From Tubulanus polymorphus (lineage: Eukaryota > Animalia > Nemertea), in contig NC_134032.1 of the NCBI RefSeq assembly GCF_964204645.1, positions 992,001 to 1,056,000 of the forward strand: a stretch of 64,000 nt of DNA, given 5' to 3'. The position numbers and the translations under genes are program-made. Shown one piece after another: positions 11,899-24,332 of the stretch. Each line of letters starts with the position of its first letter. Positions within the stretch are counted from its first letter, which is position 1. The notes beneath the pieces were generated by a model. It was given only the letters and a program-made list of their open reading frames with translations. It was not told the DNA's origin and did not search any database.

Positions 11899-14365
11899 TG
11901 CTGTAAGAGTACATTGCGTTGTTGATATAGGCACCCGGGCACCGATAAGACACTGGCTAATCCAGCACTGATAAAAAAGGTCAAGTACCTTTATGCAGAC
12001 TGCCCTCGCAGTGAACCATTAGAAATGTTAGAAATATACAATAAGCATTGATAAATACGAATATTGTGAATCATAAAGTTATTAGGATATTGAGTTATCA
12101 AAATTAATTACTATTTTCATGTATTCAAATCATCCCTCAGTATCGTATACCCCTCTCCTTACACAGATTCGACCCCAAAACACACAAAAACTATGTATTA
12201 AAATGAAACGACAAGAGCAAAAAATAATCAAAGAAAGAAAGAAAAAATTCTAGAAAACCAAAATTACAAAGATGCGTTATAAGTCCGCGCCCGGTTCCAC
12301 AGTTGTGAGTTCAAGTTAGTTATTATCAATGTTTTAACTCCCGGAGTTACATCCTAGCTCACAACTGTGGAACTGGGATGAATGCGCTAAAATATGATAT
12401 CAAATTTGCGGAAGATATCGAAACTGCAAAATAGAAAATAAATAGAGGCAACCACACTGAAAAAATAACATCATAGACATACCATTTAAGCGCGAGCTCC
12501 TGGACTGCACCGTACAGCGCGCCGTGGATTCGGTTATCAAACTAAATTTGTATTGTACACCAAAACTTTATGATTCTTTCTTCTAAATCTATCTTCCACT
12601 TAATGGGTGCAAACGGTGAAAAACGGCATGTGTTAAACTAACGCTTCATGGGCAATTTATGCTAATTTTATCTACAAATTCATACAAAAAGAAGGTCCAG
12701 GGCGCTGCGCCCTAAAAACCAGCGATCAAAAAATCATTCCATCGGTCAATTGAATCTTTCACCTTCTATTCCAAGCAGGTGTTAGTTGCTTTTTTTTTAA
12801 ATCTTAAAATAGGGATTGTCCCTAGGAAACGACGAGCAATAAAATAAATTACAGCAATGAAATTAGGCGGCAATACAATCAACAAGCGAATAGAAAAAAA
12901 AAAAGAAACATAAAAGAATCAAAGCGTTGAACGGAGGGCAAATAAAGAGTTAACTAGATAACGCACCGAGGCTGGCTATTTCATAGTCATCATTGTTATA
13001 GGACATCGAAAATAAGAATCTATCATCAACACAAAAAGACTCGAACACGGTTAAAAAATCTAAAATCTCCGTTGTTTTTTACAATATATGATCACACATC
13101 AGAATTTTTTTAGAAATTGACCACCTATACCCAGTTTAGATAGAAGGGCAGTTGTATGTTGAATGGATATTGATAGATTATATTTCTCAAGAGTTTGAAT
13201 GAAAGAGTAGGCACCCCACTGATAAGCCAACTGGCCAATCTGGCACTGATGAAAGGTCAAGTATCTCCTCTGGCAGGTGTGGTGGGTTTGTAAGGGACAC
13301 TAAAACCGAAAATCGCTACGAAATCTAACAACCAAATATTTATAAATTTATTACAGGGTCAATTCCTATTTCAAGATGAAAAAAAGGCCAAGTACGTTAT
13401 GGCTGCCCAGTGGACAGTGAGTAATATAAAATGAATACACGTATTTGATAAATATGAATATTGTGAATTATAAGTTATTAATATATTGAGTTATCATAAT
13501 TAATGAGGCCTACTATTTATATGTACTACAATCAGCCCTCTGTATCCACATCACGCATTAAGGACTGAAACCAGGCAACTTTCGGATCGGAAAGTTCCAG
13601 AATTAATCGATGTTATGATAGTTACAACAAGATTTCGGTTGTTGATGAGTTTTATAAAATGAACCAAATGCTCGCTATAATTCAAACCTGAAGGGTTCCG
13701 AGATCATTTTCTGATTTTCCGTACCTTTCGCATATAGCCTTGTAAATCCTTAAATCGCTTTTCCACCAGGGACTGGAGAAATTTCCAATTTCCTATATTA
13801 TAAACCCATTCATGCAATGTTCTCTAATTCTAATCTCCACACTTTCTTTGCATTTTCTAAGTCGCGCACCTCCCACGTGTGTGCGCAGAATGTACAGCAA
13901 AAATCAGCCAATCGGAATGTGCCATTACTCATTACTCATTAGGCCTAAACGGTACATAAAATCTAAACTTTCAACCTCGCGAACTTGGCCCATTTTTCAT
14001 GTAGGTTTTAAGTATTACAGAACGCAATTGCGCTGCCTCACTGACGCCTCTCCCGCCCGCCTACCTACACCAGGACAGAACAATGGCAATGAAAATGACC
14101 CCGTGGCAATATCGAGAAAAAAGTCGATTAAAACATTTATCAGGCCTACCTCATTTCTTGTCGCATTCGAACAAACAGCGTATCGCACAACAGTCGCTAT
14201 AAATATGGTTTTCAGACGCGTATTCTGTGGTTTTCTGTTCGCTGTAGTAACATAATACATCAGAGCCATCTTTGACCTATTTTTCTTCTTCAACTTTAAA
14301 AGGTGGCTACGACCTTGAGTCAGGGATGTTGAAGATGGCGACACTTGACGGGGTTCTATGGCGCA

Positions 14366-14553
14366 GGGGCTCGTATCAGAATTGTACGTAATGTAAAAAC
14401 GATAGGCCTAATCTGTTAATGCAATGTATATAGTATATATAAAATAACAAGTTAATAAGTTATTTTATATGAACTATATACATTGGATTAACAGATTAGG
14501 CCTATCGTTTTTACATTACCTACAACGGTGCCCCTAAACTCTGATACGAGCCC
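14366..14553. mobile_element. Foldback hairpin MITE
   Basis: GGGGCTCGTATCAGA...TCTGATACGAGCCCC with ~80-bp internal inverted arms. Confidence 0.75.
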
Positions 14554-15836
14554 CTGTGATCTATGGGGTTTTACTTCTCGATTGATGTCCCTCTGTATAC
14601 CCTCGTAGAGGTGATGAGTGTGAATAAATTTCAATTTCATTCTAATTTCAAGGGCGGAATGCGGGCCGCCGTAGTGCGACGAGCACGGTAGACTCACGGT
14701 AGGCTCGTATTTGAAGTTTCGGGGTTGAAGTTTCGCGGGTTGAAGTCGTATTTGAAGCTTAGGAATAATCTATTCCTTAAGTTAAGTGCGAATTTTAGCT
14801 AAAAAAGAATTTCGTTACCTAAAGAAAAAAGGAAACCAAAACTCAGAAAAGATTCATAGTATCATATTTAATCAGAATTAGGCAACACAGCGGTCCGTAT
14901 TGTACGCAAAAGCGGTAAATACCGGTGTGCCCCGCTATTTTAGTTCACAGAAATTCCGCTATCGTTATTTATGGCGGCAGCACTGTACGGTTGATATCTA
15001 GCTTAACCTCGCGATCTTACTGTGGCAGGCGAGAATTACAGATATTTTTCTTAGCCGAAATTCGTTGATTATTTAACAAAATTTCGTTATATATTGACAA
15101 ATATATTAATTTTGAAGCTTTATTTAAGAGGATCTTGTTTTTAAAATGATTTTCAAGCCATTTTTAATAGAACTCTGTAATAGTGTAAAGCGGTACCCTC
15201 ACATGCCACAGGAAGCATTTCAAGCAAATTAAATTTTATTATCCAAATTTGTGCATTCAACTATCACTGCCATGATCAATGTTGCAGCACATGAACCATT
15301 AAACATCCTATTTAGGTCGACCCTTCTTGGTCAGGGTTAAAATCAAGAATTTTACAAAAATAAAAAAATTTTCCTTTTTCAGATATTTATGTATTTTCAT
15401 TGCAAACTGTACATTATCAGTGGCTGTTATAAATATCATACATCTGCATTGTTTTTTTTACAAGTGGAAAACATATAAATTGTGTCAAAACCAAAAAAAA
15501 CTAGGTCACATTTCATTTTGTTTGGGACAATTTTAAATCCAGCACCAATAACTGGGGAAAAAAAATAAGTTAAAAAACCCATTATTTACAGAATTTTAAG
15601 ATTATAAACAAATTTTTTTTATTTATCTAAGAGATCACCATCAGGTGTGAGATGATCACGATGATCTCTAGTGAGCGAATTTAATTCTTAATTAAATAAA
15701 ATTTGTTTTTACTCTTCTAAATTCCGTATACAGTGGGTTATAAACTTGGTCAGAGAGATTCTAGGGCGCGGGGCAAGTTTCACCGAATTCAAAACCCAGT
15801 CTCGATAAATGCATTTAACTTTCGTTTACAAAACAT

Positions 15837-16046
15837 TCAGATGAATTTGAAACATTTTTGTTTGTCGTGCGGAATTCTCGTTTTAAACAGGATGGAATCG
15901 ACTCTGAATTGAGTATACAGAAGCGGCGTGTATCCGTAGATCTTCACGAAATAGTTCAAACATCGATGACGCTCCTGAAAGTGTCGGTCGTCGAACGATA
16001 GAGCTTTCGGGCAACCGGGACATCGGAACGTCCATCGCGAAGTCAC
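15837..16046 (-). CDS. EXTL3: Exostosin-like 3, last coding exon
   Basis: [69 protein letters not shown] matches the EXTL3 C-terminus; acceptor AG 16048-16047. Confidence 0.95.
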   Translation of the reverse strand: MTSRWTFRCPGCPKALSFDDRHFQERHRCLNYFVKIYGYTPLLYTQFRVDSILFKTRIPHDKQKCFKFI

Positions 16047-16413
16047 CTACGAAATAAAAAGAGTTAAATAGAGAACCAGGGGCCGCTGTTGTTCAAAAGT
16101 TGGTTAGAGTTAACCAGTGGATAGTTGACGTGGTGACGATTAAAAGTTCATTGTTACTATAGTATTTATCAGGGGCTGCAGTTGCTCAAAAGTAGGTTAG
16201 AGCTAACCAGTGGATAGTTGACGTGGTGACAATTAAAAGTTCATTGTTACTATAGTATTTATCAGGGGCTGCAGTTGCTCAAAAGTTGGTTAGAGTTAAC
16301 CAGTGGATAGTTGACGTGGTGACAATTAAATGTTCATTGCAACTATGGTATCTATCCACTGGTTATCTTCAACCATCTTTTGAGTAACTGACCCCAGCAA
16401 AATAGTGGATTAA

Positions 16414-16702
16414 CCCTTTCAGTGCGGACTAATTAATACCCTATAGTGCTGGAGATAATTTGAACATTTTGAATAATTCCACCCTAGTGTGTTGAATAAC
16501 GGGAATACCACCACTATAGTGCATCTACACCGCGGCGCGGTGTATCGTTAGTTACTAATATTTCACTAAGTTTGACAGGTGCTGCCATCTTTCAAGAGAT
16601 AATTACCAATTACTAATGACATCAATACACCACAGTGTGGTGTACTAGCAAAATCCATCACCGATTTATACACCGCACTGCGATGTAGACGCACTGAAAG
16701 GG
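16414..16702 (-). mobile_element. Complete piggyBac-type MITE (289 bp)
   Basis: TTAA on both sides, TIR CCCTTTCAGTGC; reverse orientation relative to the 8527 copy. Confidence 0.85.
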
Positions 16703-17001
16703 TTAATCTATCTACAGGGCGAATTCAGCTGGAGTCAAATTAATGAATCTCTGGAATTTAATTTTCAAACACAAGAATCTTTCATATTATTCGTATCAAG
16801 GTACAGAGCGACGGATCCCGGATTTTCAAAGGAGGGGTATGCTCCGCCTAAATAAGCCGGTTTCAATAGTCCCTAAACCGGGTAAACCAAAACCTTATAG
16901 TTGCTTTGTTCTAAACAAATGCGTCTCAGTTCGGAGTTTATTCCGATGGTTGAGAACTGCGTGTTCCTGGATCCAGATTTGTAGTTAATATTGATAGTTA
17001 C

Positions 17002-17130
17002 CTTTATGGGTGGCTTCTGCGTAATGTGAGATACTAACAAATTCATAGCGAGATCTTCGCAATTCATGAATTCGTCGACCAAATCTCTGATCGCTTGTGG
17101 CATTATGTACGTGTAGAGATATGCATAGTA
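17002..17130 (-). CDS. EXTL3: EXTL3 coding exon 5
   Basis: [43 protein letters not shown] (GT64 NCED motif); canonical AG/GT, phase 0. Confidence 0.95.
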
Positions 17131-18404
17131 CTAGAAAATATACAAAACAAATTATACAAAAATTTGTGAAACAAGTTTTGAAAGATGTTGCGCAATGAGT
17201 TAATATTCAATGAATTTTAGGATAGTTGAAACTTCGAAAGAATTTAATTCGAAGTTTCAACTATCCTAAAATCTATCATCAGGAATACTAGCGTTATACT
17301 GAGTGGGATCTTGTAATAATGACCTCTCATAAAACAATTTATCAGTTTTATTACAAACTTAGATTTTCATCCCTAAAAGTTTTGCAGGTTTCATACTGGA
17401 TGAAATGAACTATCGGTTAAAGCGTTTGGTTTTTCTAGTCCCCCCGGGGTTAGTTTTTTAGACTGGTATTACCTCTAACCCGGGGGTTAACTCAATTGAT
17501 AATGAATTGAGTTAACCACCAGGTTTAAGGTAATACCAGTCTATAAAACTGAGCCCTCAAGTTCGTCGTAAAGAGTTTCCACCATATAACCAAATTATGA
17601 GATAGTAGCATGCACAATCCAGAACAATGATCCCTAATATTGCCTTTGCGGACATCAAAGTGCCTTTTTTGGATATGAAAATTCCTTCAAAACTGGTCTC
17701 TGGATCCGCCCAGCGAGCCTACACTCATAATATATAATATAAATGTATTAAGGCTATGGATCCAGCCCTTTTGGGAACATCAGAAACCATTGCCATGCCA
17801 ATGACAAACCAACCAGTTGCTTGCCGGTTCAGACTGAATGGAAGATTGTTTCGATGATCCGGAACCGAATTTCACAATTATGTACTCCGATTTAAACAAA
17901 ATATTCGGTAAATTCAACCGCCGATCACACAACTATATTTGTACTTCGATTCCCAATTTCAAAATCAAACCCCCTGTTTCGCTGCCGGCGGGTGTGGTGG
18001 GTTTGTAAGGGACACTCAATCAAAAAATCAAACGAAATTTACCAGCCAAATAAATAACAGGGACAATCCCTATTTTAAGATCAAAAATGGGGCGCCAGAC
18101 GCAACGTTATGGAAAAATAGATCCACGATCTATCCGAAGTAGATCTTTGAGTCGTTAAACAGTTGAATGTTTAGCTACTATCGAATTAAACCCACCCGAC
18201 CGGTGTGAACCCCCTGCATTCTGAGTCCAAGGCCTACGGGTTTAAAAACCAAACAACAGAAGCAGATTTTGATTCAGAGTCAAAATTGTATCCACACAAC
18301 TGTGAATCTAGGTCCACATGGTTGGAAAATGAAATCCACATGTGGAACTGGTGTTGTCGGAGCCATACATGGTCATAAATTGTCGACACACTGTGGAACT
18401 GAAT

Positions 18405-18553
18405 TCATGCTGGAACTGGGTTCTCATGGTTTGGAATCAAACCCACACAACTGTGGAACTGGGTTCTCATGGTTTGGAATCAAACCCACACAACTGTGGA
18501 ACTGGGTTCTCATGGTTTGGAATCAAACCCACACAACTGTGGAACTGGGTTCT
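18405..18553. repeat. 43-bp minisatellite with MITE-derived core
   Basis: CAACTGTGGAACTGGGTTCTCATGGTTTGGAATCAAACCCACA, ~3.5 copies. Confidence 0.85.
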
Positions 18554-18606
18554 CGTGGACAATCCCTATTTTTAAGATCAAAACAATGACAAACCAGATT
18601 TCGTAC

Positions 18607-18879
18607 CTTGTGATAAAACGCGGCTCCCGTAAGAACCATCGACAATTCACACGTGTAATTCGAATTATAGAACCAACTGTTGACGGACGGCTCCCACGAG
18701 TGAAATCTGCCGGGGAACCCGACCAGCCGGTCGCGCGATTCCCGCCAGACCCGGAACCCGAACATGATCTCGTCGTGTCTGAGATGCGTGTCGTCGTCGA
18801 TCGATAAAATCGCTTCCGTTTCAATCTCGCTGTACGGTAAAAACCGGTTGTTCAAACTGTTTTTAGAAGTGCGAACGAC
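18607..18879 (-). CDS. EXTL3: EXTL3 coding exon 4
   Basis: [16 protein letters not shown]...AILSIDDD (DxD)...[13 protein letters not shown]; AG/GT boundaries, 273 bp. Confidence 0.95.
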
Positions 18880-19024
18880 CTGTCGAAAAATAATCGGCAA
18901 AATTAAACGCAAGTGAAACAATTAAATCCGTTTATAACCTCGATACTCAGGACCCGGTTCTACAGTCGGGATCCTGGATAATGTTTGAGCACTTATTTGC
19001 AAGACAGTTGTACACGAAAGCTTA

Positions 19025-19545
19025 GGGATCATTCATTCATTACGCATTAGGGGAGGGGGAGGGATCAGTGCAATTGCGTACTGTAATGCTTAATGTATAT
19101 GAAAAAATGGCCGATTTTGCGTAGTGAGGGGGGAGGGGGGTTGAAAAATTCAAATTCTATGCGTACGTAATAAATGAATGATCACTTACGAGTAAGTGCT
19201 CACAAACATTATGGGGTCATTCATTTATTACGTACGCATTAGGGGAGGGGGAGGGGGTCAGTGCAATTGCGTACTGTAATGCCTTATGCATATGAAAAAA
19301 TGGCCGATTTAACGGGCGTTGGAAGGAATTTTTGATTGCCGATTTTGGACAGGTTCTAAATATTGCTGCGGCAAATTTACTTAATTACCTAAAAAACGTG
19401 GTGTTCAAAGAAAAAAACGTCATTCAGTAAATTATTGCCGCGACCTTCGCCGCTGCGGTTCCTACGCCACTGGATTTTGCGTACAGAGGGGGAGGGGGGG
19501 TTGAAAAAGTCAAATTTCATGCATACGTAATCAATGAATGATCCC
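19025..19545. mobile_element. Two adjacent Harbinger-like MITEs (19025-19185, 19213-19545; second has a nested insert); third copy at 20595-20753
   Basis: TIR GGG(A/G)TCATTCATT...AATGAATGATC(A/C)C with 3-bp TTA or TAT flanks. Confidence 0.7.
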
Positions 19546-19698
19546 TATCCAGAGTATCGCAGTTTTAAATGGATTCTATTATTCAAAACCTGGCTAGATG
19601 AATCTACAATGATGTACATGTGAAACGGTGATATAACGGGGCTTTCCACGGCTTTCCCCGGGGATCGCCGATTCGTTCAAACACGTTACGTAACTTAC

Positions 19699-19853
19699 GT
19701 GAACTTTGACGCCGATGTCCGGCCACTGTAAGTCGTCGGACGGAGGGCGCGGACTGTTCCAAACGACGACCACTTTATTCAAATACGGCAGATCTTTGAA
19801 CCTTTCGATGGCATTAACTAGGACAGCCTCTCTCTCGTATGTTAACATAACGA
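19699..19853 (-). CDS. EXTL3: EXTL3 coding exon 3
   Basis: (V)[32 protein letters not shown]...WPDIGVKVH; phase-1 acceptor, GTAAGT donor. Confidence 0.93.
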
Positions 19854-20276
19854 CTACAAAATAAGATAACACGCGATACAGCAGCAGTTACAGATGCGGA
19901 TATCAGCTACATTCATCAAACTGGTGCAGCATGTGCACTAATGGACGTGGCTCTGCAAGTTTAGGAGACCTTCGCACGTGGTCTAGTCAGTGTTTTCAAT
20001 AAAAAATTAGCAAGCCAGGTCCCTTTGAAAAACAGGAGGGTCCCCCCTATGTCACAGTCTCTGAAACAAAAGCTGGTTTGAAAAAAAGGGCAGGTCCTTT
20101 ACAAACAACAGACGGGTCTGGGACCTGGGACCTGGCTCTTATTGAAAACACTGCTAGTGTGGCAGTGTGTCATGGCTGAGTTTAGCAAAGCCAGGTTCGA
20201 ATCCCTGCCGAGGAAAGATGTCCGATAACCGGGTCTTGATCCATAAGGACAAACCGTGATTTAGCGTTTACCGTAC

Positions 20277-20378
20277 CTGTGAATTGTTCCGTCGGATAGT
20301 TACCGCCGAGCGATTGCGTGAATTCTTTACCGGAACCACCTTGACCTTTAGCGATTGGACGAAAACCTAACCCCGAAC
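20277..20378 (-). CDS. EXTL3: EXTL3 coding exon 2
   Basis: (G)[33 protein letters not shown]; phase 1 at both ends. Confidence 0.93.
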
Positions 20379-21134
20379 CTACGAAAACAAAATAGAAAAC
20401 CATTGTATCATGGGCTTTAGGGTCGAGGGGTGCGATGTCTGTTTCGACGCGCGTGAATAAAGCCCCGATGTTTATTTCCCCGCTAGAACTCATATCATAA
20501 CCAAAAATAGATAAAACTGAGATTTTGAAACTGCGTTTAAGTTTTTGAACTCAATTACGGGGAAACAGCTACGAAGATGATGAAATCGTGTTTAGGGATC
20601 ATTCATTTAATACGTACACATAAAATTTGAATTATTCAACCCCCCTCTGTACGCAAAATCGGCCATTTTTTCATATACATTAAGCATTACAGTACGCAAT
20701 TGCACTGACCCCTCCCCCCTCCCCTAATGCGTACGTAATAAATGAATAATTCCTTAAGAGAGATAGTGGAAAATGTATCGAACTTCGAAACCTGCCAACA
20801 GAGAGTTAAACGGTCTAACCACTAAACCATCGGGGTCCGGACTGGAACCTGTATCAAAATTAGGTCGGGTTCTGACTTAGAGGTTTCATGTGCCGATCGC
20901 AACCAGCAAGAACAACACATAATACAAGAATTCAAATTCTCTTACTTTCAAGAAGAGTTAGAATTCCCCCGAAAAAACACTGGGGCCCGGTTTTATAGAC
21001 TGGTATTACCTTTAACCCGGGGGGTTAACTCAATTGAAAATGAATCGAGTTAGCCTCCAGGTTTAAGTTAATACCAGTCTATAAAACCGGGCCAAGAATT
21101 CTTCAATTTTTCCCGGATTTCCCAGAACTGTTAA

Positions 21135-21415
21135 CCCTTTCAGTGCGTCAACACGGCAGTGCGGTGTATGAATCGGTGATAGATTTTGCTAGTACACCGC
21201 ACTGCGGTGTATTGATTTATTTAGTAATTATCTCTATTGAAAGATGGCAGCACCTGTCAAACATAGTGAAATACTAGTAACTAACAATACACCGCACCGC
21301 AGTGTAGACGCACTATAGTGGTATTCCCGTTATTCAACACACTAGGGTGGAATTTTTCCAAATTTTCAAATTATCTCCAGCACTATAGCGTATTGATTAG
21401 CCAGCACTGAAAGAG
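21135..21415 (+). mobile_element. piggyBac-type MITE
   Basis: TTAA|CCCTTTCAGTGC ... GCACTGAAAGAG|TGAA (degenerate right end), ~30 bp from the EXTL3 donor. Confidence 0.8.
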
Positions 21416-21445
21416 TGAAATAAGTATAAAAAGATGAAGTCTTAC

Positions 21446-23342
21446 CGTAGAATTTAGCGTCAGATGGCAGCACCGGTGCGAACGGCGTGAACGGGTAAAG
21501 ATGAAACGCGTCGCCGTGATCGTCGAGCAACGACGTCGAAAACGTAAAATTGCGACGGAATTTCGGAGACGGCTGCGGCGACTCGACCGGTCCGAGAACG
21601 TCGTCTGCCTCGGCGCCGTCTGCTGGCGTTACCGGTTTCATCAACGGGGCGAACGTATCGTTGAACACGCTCGGCGACGGGTGTTCGGGAATCACCGGCG
21701 CCGCGATTCGCAATCGAGTTCGCACGGACAGAAGAATCGTACGAACGACCGATTCCGTCGTGCCGACGTATTTCTCGTAGACGGCGCGACCGTTTTTACG
21801 ATACGCGAATATATCGTTATCGGCAAGCGTGCGCAGGTAGAAATGTAACTCGGTTATTCGGGATTTCGGCAGGACGATCGCCACGCGAGTCCAGTCGATC
21901 GTAGCGCCACCTACCGCCGAGAACGGGAAGCGTACGAAGTCGCCGAGCACGACCGGGACGGCTCCGTATTTGATCGATTCGAGCAGGCGGCGTTGTATCG
22001 TTACCGTGGATACGATCGACGCGTCGACCGGCGCGAGGATCAGCGAGAACGTCGACAGCGCGAGTATCTCGCGTCGGGACTCCTCGTCGGCGCACAGCGT
22101 CCACTCGCCGTCCATCGACGCGCGGATATCCGAGTTCTTGTTGCAGTAGAAATAGAAATAGAAAACGTTGTTTTTGTTTCGCGTTTGTTGGATTTGTTTC
22201 AACGTCTGAACGACTTCCGCTTCGAGTTTCAGAAGTTCCGAATCGGAGTCCGCGGCGCGATCGTCCGAGATCAACGTTTTATGCATACCCTGAAACGACA
22301 TCAGATATTTGCGGCGGACCGGTAACATGTACGGCAACGTCTCGCGTCCGGCGCGACGCCCCGACAACGGCGGCACGACCAAGTCGAAGTCCGCGCGGAA
22401 CGAGCGGACGGTGAACGCGGACTGCGCGACGATCGCGCGTCCCGTGTTCACGCCGGAGAATACATCGCCGAGCGACGTCGATCGATACGCCAGATTCAAC
22501 AATAGGTGATTGCGACCGTCGCCGCGCCAATACGGTAACCCGCGTAACAAACGCTCGATCGCGCCGGTAGGTGGCGCCGCGGCAGCAGTCTCGCCGATCA
22601 GCACGACATACAAACACGCGCGGTCGCCGTCGGTCGTCGAGACGAACGGCAGACGGTTCAACGCGTCGCCGACGGAAACGCGAACGAAATCGTCGAGTCG
22701 TATCGACGCCTCGCGCGCATAAAAATACACGGGGAATCCCGACGTCAACGAGCAGCGCGAGTAATCGAAACAGGTCGACATGCGACACCGCGTCGACCTC
22801 GTCGGCGGGTCGAGGTCGCCGTTACCGGTCGCGGGGTCGACGAGGACGCGTTTCGGCGCGTAGATCAACGGAGCGTTCGACATCTGTAATTCTAATTGTT
22901 GTAGTTTCACGTTTTCGATCGTCAGTTTCAGTTTTTCGAGGTTCTTCGCCGAACGTTCGTGTTCGGATTTGACGGCGTCGAGTCGCGTCGCGTACGACGA
23001 CAGGTCCGATTTCAGTTTCTGACGCTTCGACTCGAGTTGCCTCAACTCGTTGTTTACGCTGGCGTGGATACGTTTCAACTCCTTGACGCGCGCGACCAGG
23101 TCGGTCGCCTGCAGGTACGCCGGGTCCTCCGCGTGATCCAACGGCGTCCGCCCGATTATCCGCACGCCGGCCGCCGCGGCGCCACCTACGCGGCCGTCGC
23201 TGCCGATGTTGGATATGTAATAGTGAACGACCAGCGGCACGATCACCAACACGACCAGCAACAATGCCATTATCCGCGACAGTCGAACCCGAGTCAGCCA
23301 TCTTAGATACCGCGATCGATTGTTAGTTGTATCGGCGGCCAT
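21446..23342 (-). CDS. EXTL3: EXTL3 large first coding exon (TM anchor, coiled coil, GT47 domain)
   Basis: ATG 23342; LRWLTRVRL + TM + HYYI, coiled coil, CFDYSRCSLTSGFPVY, WRGDGRNHLL; donor G|GTAAG at 21446; acceptor at 23393-23394. Six exons total 2766 bp = 921 aa + stop. Confidence 0.93.
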
Positions 23343-23534
23343 GTTGTTACTACTCACAGCGGTCTGCGTGCGGTCATCGCTCGATTCATCACCTGTTTAT
23401 AAAACAAGATATAAGACGTTAATACCGGGTTAAAACTGGAAGACATTCACAAACACTGGCCGACCATCGACAGTCGACAAGATGATCGCTTATAGTCTTT
23501 AGCGGATACATTGGTCAATAGTATATACAGTATA

Positions 23535-23998
23535 CACTTCTGTCAAAGAACTGGACATGTTATTACAGAACACACTTCTATCCAAGAACTGAAGATGTTT
23601 GGTTGAATTGTTACAGTACACACCTTTATCCAAGAAGTGGAGATGTTTGGTTGAATTATTACAGTACACACTTTTATCCAAGAACTGAAGATGTTTGGTT
23701 GAATTATTACAGTACACACTTCTATCAAAGAACTGAAGATGTTTGGTTGAATTATTACAGTACACACTTCTATCCAAGAACTGAAGATGTTTGGTTGAAT
23801 TATTACAGTACACACTTCTATCAAAGAACTGAAGATGTTTGGTTGAATTATTACAGTACACACTTCTATCCAAGAACTGAAGATGTTTGGTTGAATTATT
23901 ACAGTACACACTTCTATCCAAGAACTGAAGATGTTTGGTTGAATTATTACAGTACACACTTCTATCCAAGAACTGAAGATGTTTGGTTGAATTATTAC
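23535..23998. repeat. 48-bp minisatellite, ~9 copies (intronic)
   Basis: AAGATGTTTGGTTGAATTATTACAGTACACACTTCTATCCAAGAACTG. Confidence 0.95.
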
Positions 23999-24332
23999 AA
24001 GATTTCTCTCGTATAAAGGCTAAAGGCTGCAGAATCCGTCTTTACGCGGCACAGGCAAGTGAATCACGCAGCAGATTTATAGACCTAAAATAGATAACAC
24101 TGTTCGGCTGTGGAGAGGACACAATTACAGGCAATCAAATCAGGAGTCTGTAGAATAGAAACCCTCCTCAACACTCTCCTACTCAGTATCCCACAGAAAA
24201 CAATGAATTCCCTATTACACTGTTTCTTTCCTCGTCCCCTAGGTCTACATTGAAGACTGATGGAATGGCGTTGAGTAAATAGGAAATATATGATTGAAGA
24301 GCAGTGATAAACACCTGTGCCGCAGCTTACAG

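Noticed and set aside
21366-21445. C-terminal tail of the 663-aa ORF
   Set aside because: Read-through past the donor at 21446 into intron and MITE.
21446-23342. Horizontal transfer or overlapping genes suggested by the GC/CpG-rich exon and its many alternate-frame ORFs
   Set aside because: Canonical spliced metazoan EXTL3; alternate ORFs reflect stop-poor GC-rich codons.
23499-24016. Repeat-protein ORFs (also 34556-35185, 26586-26994, 28424-28792)
   Set aside because: Minisatellites with unit length divisible by 3; no coding evidence.
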